Assembly (NCBI GenBank): GCA_051294375.1
Contig: CM119263.1
Location: forward strand, 5,392,823 to 5,456,822
From: Paraspadella gotoi
Taxonomy: Eukaryota > Animalia > Chaetognatha
Direction: 5' to 3'
DNA: 64,000 nt
Position numbers and translations under genes: made by a program. Under the pieces are notes generated by a model. That model saw only the letters and a program-made list of their open reading frames with translations. It had not been told where the DNA came from and made no database searches. Positions 62,279 to 64,000 of this stretch are shown piece by piece. The number at the start of each line of letters is the position of its first letter. Within the stretch, counting starts at the first letter, position 1.

Positions 62279-63372
62279 ACTAGAAAAATACGAAAGCAAT
62301 CATTTATTTCTTACTTTATCTAAATTTCCTTTAATGATATTTCAAAAAACTAATCGAAGATTATAAGGGATCTTTAGATTTGTCGTTTTTGGACGGAATT
62401 TTGTTCTTTCTCCCAGGTCATTGAAATTAGTCTGAAACTTTTATAACATCGCTTGGTAAGATATTTTTGAAAAAATTAAATTAAATTCTTTTAACGCAAC
62501 ATAAGTGCGATTTTAACTATTCAATTAATATTTTCATACTTATTAGAAAAAACTACGAATAAAGCAAAATCCAAAATGTATTTGTATATTCTTAAATTCT
62601 ACCGTTTTCACGCCCTCAGGAACGTAAGAATGTCAAAGAACGCTCGTTTTATTTAAAAGAAGCTCGTGTGGCAACTGATCATTGATCAAGTCACCGACGA
62701 AACGAACACGCATAATCAATCTCTNNNNNNNNNNCTCTCTCTCTCTCTCCGTTTTTATATTTATTCGTACGGCCAAGTGGTTAATTATTTTGTTAATGAC
62801 TGAAGACTTAGCATCCTTTGTTCCCGTTTTCTCTCTGATTTAACTCTGTTTTGTCTCCGTTTGATCGTCTCGATCGTTGCCTCACTCGTCGCATTTTCAG
62901 AAAAAATCCGTCTGTCCGTCGTTTCGAAATTTAAATAAATTTAAATCATATTTATCATATCATATTAAATATATTATATAGGAGGCCTTAAACCACCAAA
63001 GCCTGTCCAAAGTCTGTGGTAAGATAGCTTATTTATTAACATTGAAAGAATAATTTTTATATTGGTTGTACAATTTCAAAAATTCAGCTCTTTGTATTTT
63101 GATGCTCGTGCGCAGTACAATATAGTATATATATATATAATTAAGGAGTGTCTTTTTCATACAATTGAAACATTTTTAAAATATTTTGCCACTTATTGAT
63201 AGGGAAAGGCCGGAACAGGTGAAAACTAGAAGATCTCTCAAATAAATAATGGTTAAGTGACTGTTAGAGAATATGAAAATGAAAATAATTTTTAAAATTT
63301 AGCTTATGATCAAGCGCACGGAAGCATTTAAAGATTATTTTATTACTATATAAAGTTTAAAAATTTAAAAAA

Positions 63373-64000
63373 CAAGTTTGAGCAAACAATGTCGGATCTG
63401 CCCACGATCATTATCGGTAATTAATTAATTAATTATTTAATTAATTAATAATTAATTCAAGTTAATTATTTAATTATTATGCAATTATGTAATTAATTTT
63501 ATCCAAAATGTTTGTTTTGATTGATTAATTAACTGAATGATTAATTATTGATTAATAATTGACTTAATTAACTAATTAATTATTTGATTAATTAATATAT
63601 CTTGCATTTACATTTAAAATAAAAAGAAAAGAAGCATAATCAATTAGTGAAACAGGTTCTTTGTTTTTCTATTTAACATCATTTTCACTCAAACGATTCC
63701 ATCGAAACTTGATTTCCGTTTAATCACACACTTTTCCACCCAAATACAAATTTCAAGTCAATCGCCCCATCACTCATGAGTAATTGGTGTTCAAATAGTG
63801 AATTATATTTTTGGTTTTTTCCATTTAAACTCATTTCCACTTGGACGATTCCATCGAAACTTCATATCCAGCTCAATCACACACTTCCCTACCCCACACA
63901 CAAAATTTATTCCAACATCCATCCAATCCAATCACGAGTAATTGCGTACGGCACGAACGGTCCACGACGGACAGACATTGTTTTTTTTTGCATAATTTAT
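63373..64000 (-). mobile_element. Dispersed non-autonomous repeat, Helentron/DINE-1-like, copy 2 (cut off by the window end)
   Basis: Reverse complement matches 1660-2547. Terminal hairpin gggcaga...tttgctc (63403-63380) followed by aaacttg and a T run. Confidence 0.6.

Overview
Eukaryotic (metazoan, invertebrate-type) genomic scaffold with spliceosomal introns, N gaps and stretches that look like uncorrected long-read gap fill. Positions 1 to ~39 kb contain no confidently identifiable gene and are dominated by microsatellites (AG, GTC, AAAG, GACA), minisatellites, a 4.6-kb 24-bp satellite and Helentron/DINE-like repeats; almost all ORF-track entries there are repeat artefacts. Positions 40-62.3 kb hold three tightly packed genes whose exon chains I reconstructed by hand with consistent phases: a GPR180/TMEM145-family 7TM protein (+, 9 exons, ~531 aa), LYST (+, 20 exons, ~3,720 aa, with a 6.6-kb exon and one apparent 1-nt frameshift) and a SPOP-like BTB/BACK protein (-, 6 coding exons, ~356 aa, probable GC-AG intron). 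The most notable unexplained signal is a ~330-nt GC-rich island in intron 4 of the GPR180-like gene. It folds almost entirely into stems with + strand G-U wobbles, a 5'-3' closing helix and a terminal hairpin plus U tail, a 7SK-like architecture without the canonical 7SK GAUC motifs. All homology statements come from recalled motifs, not database searches.
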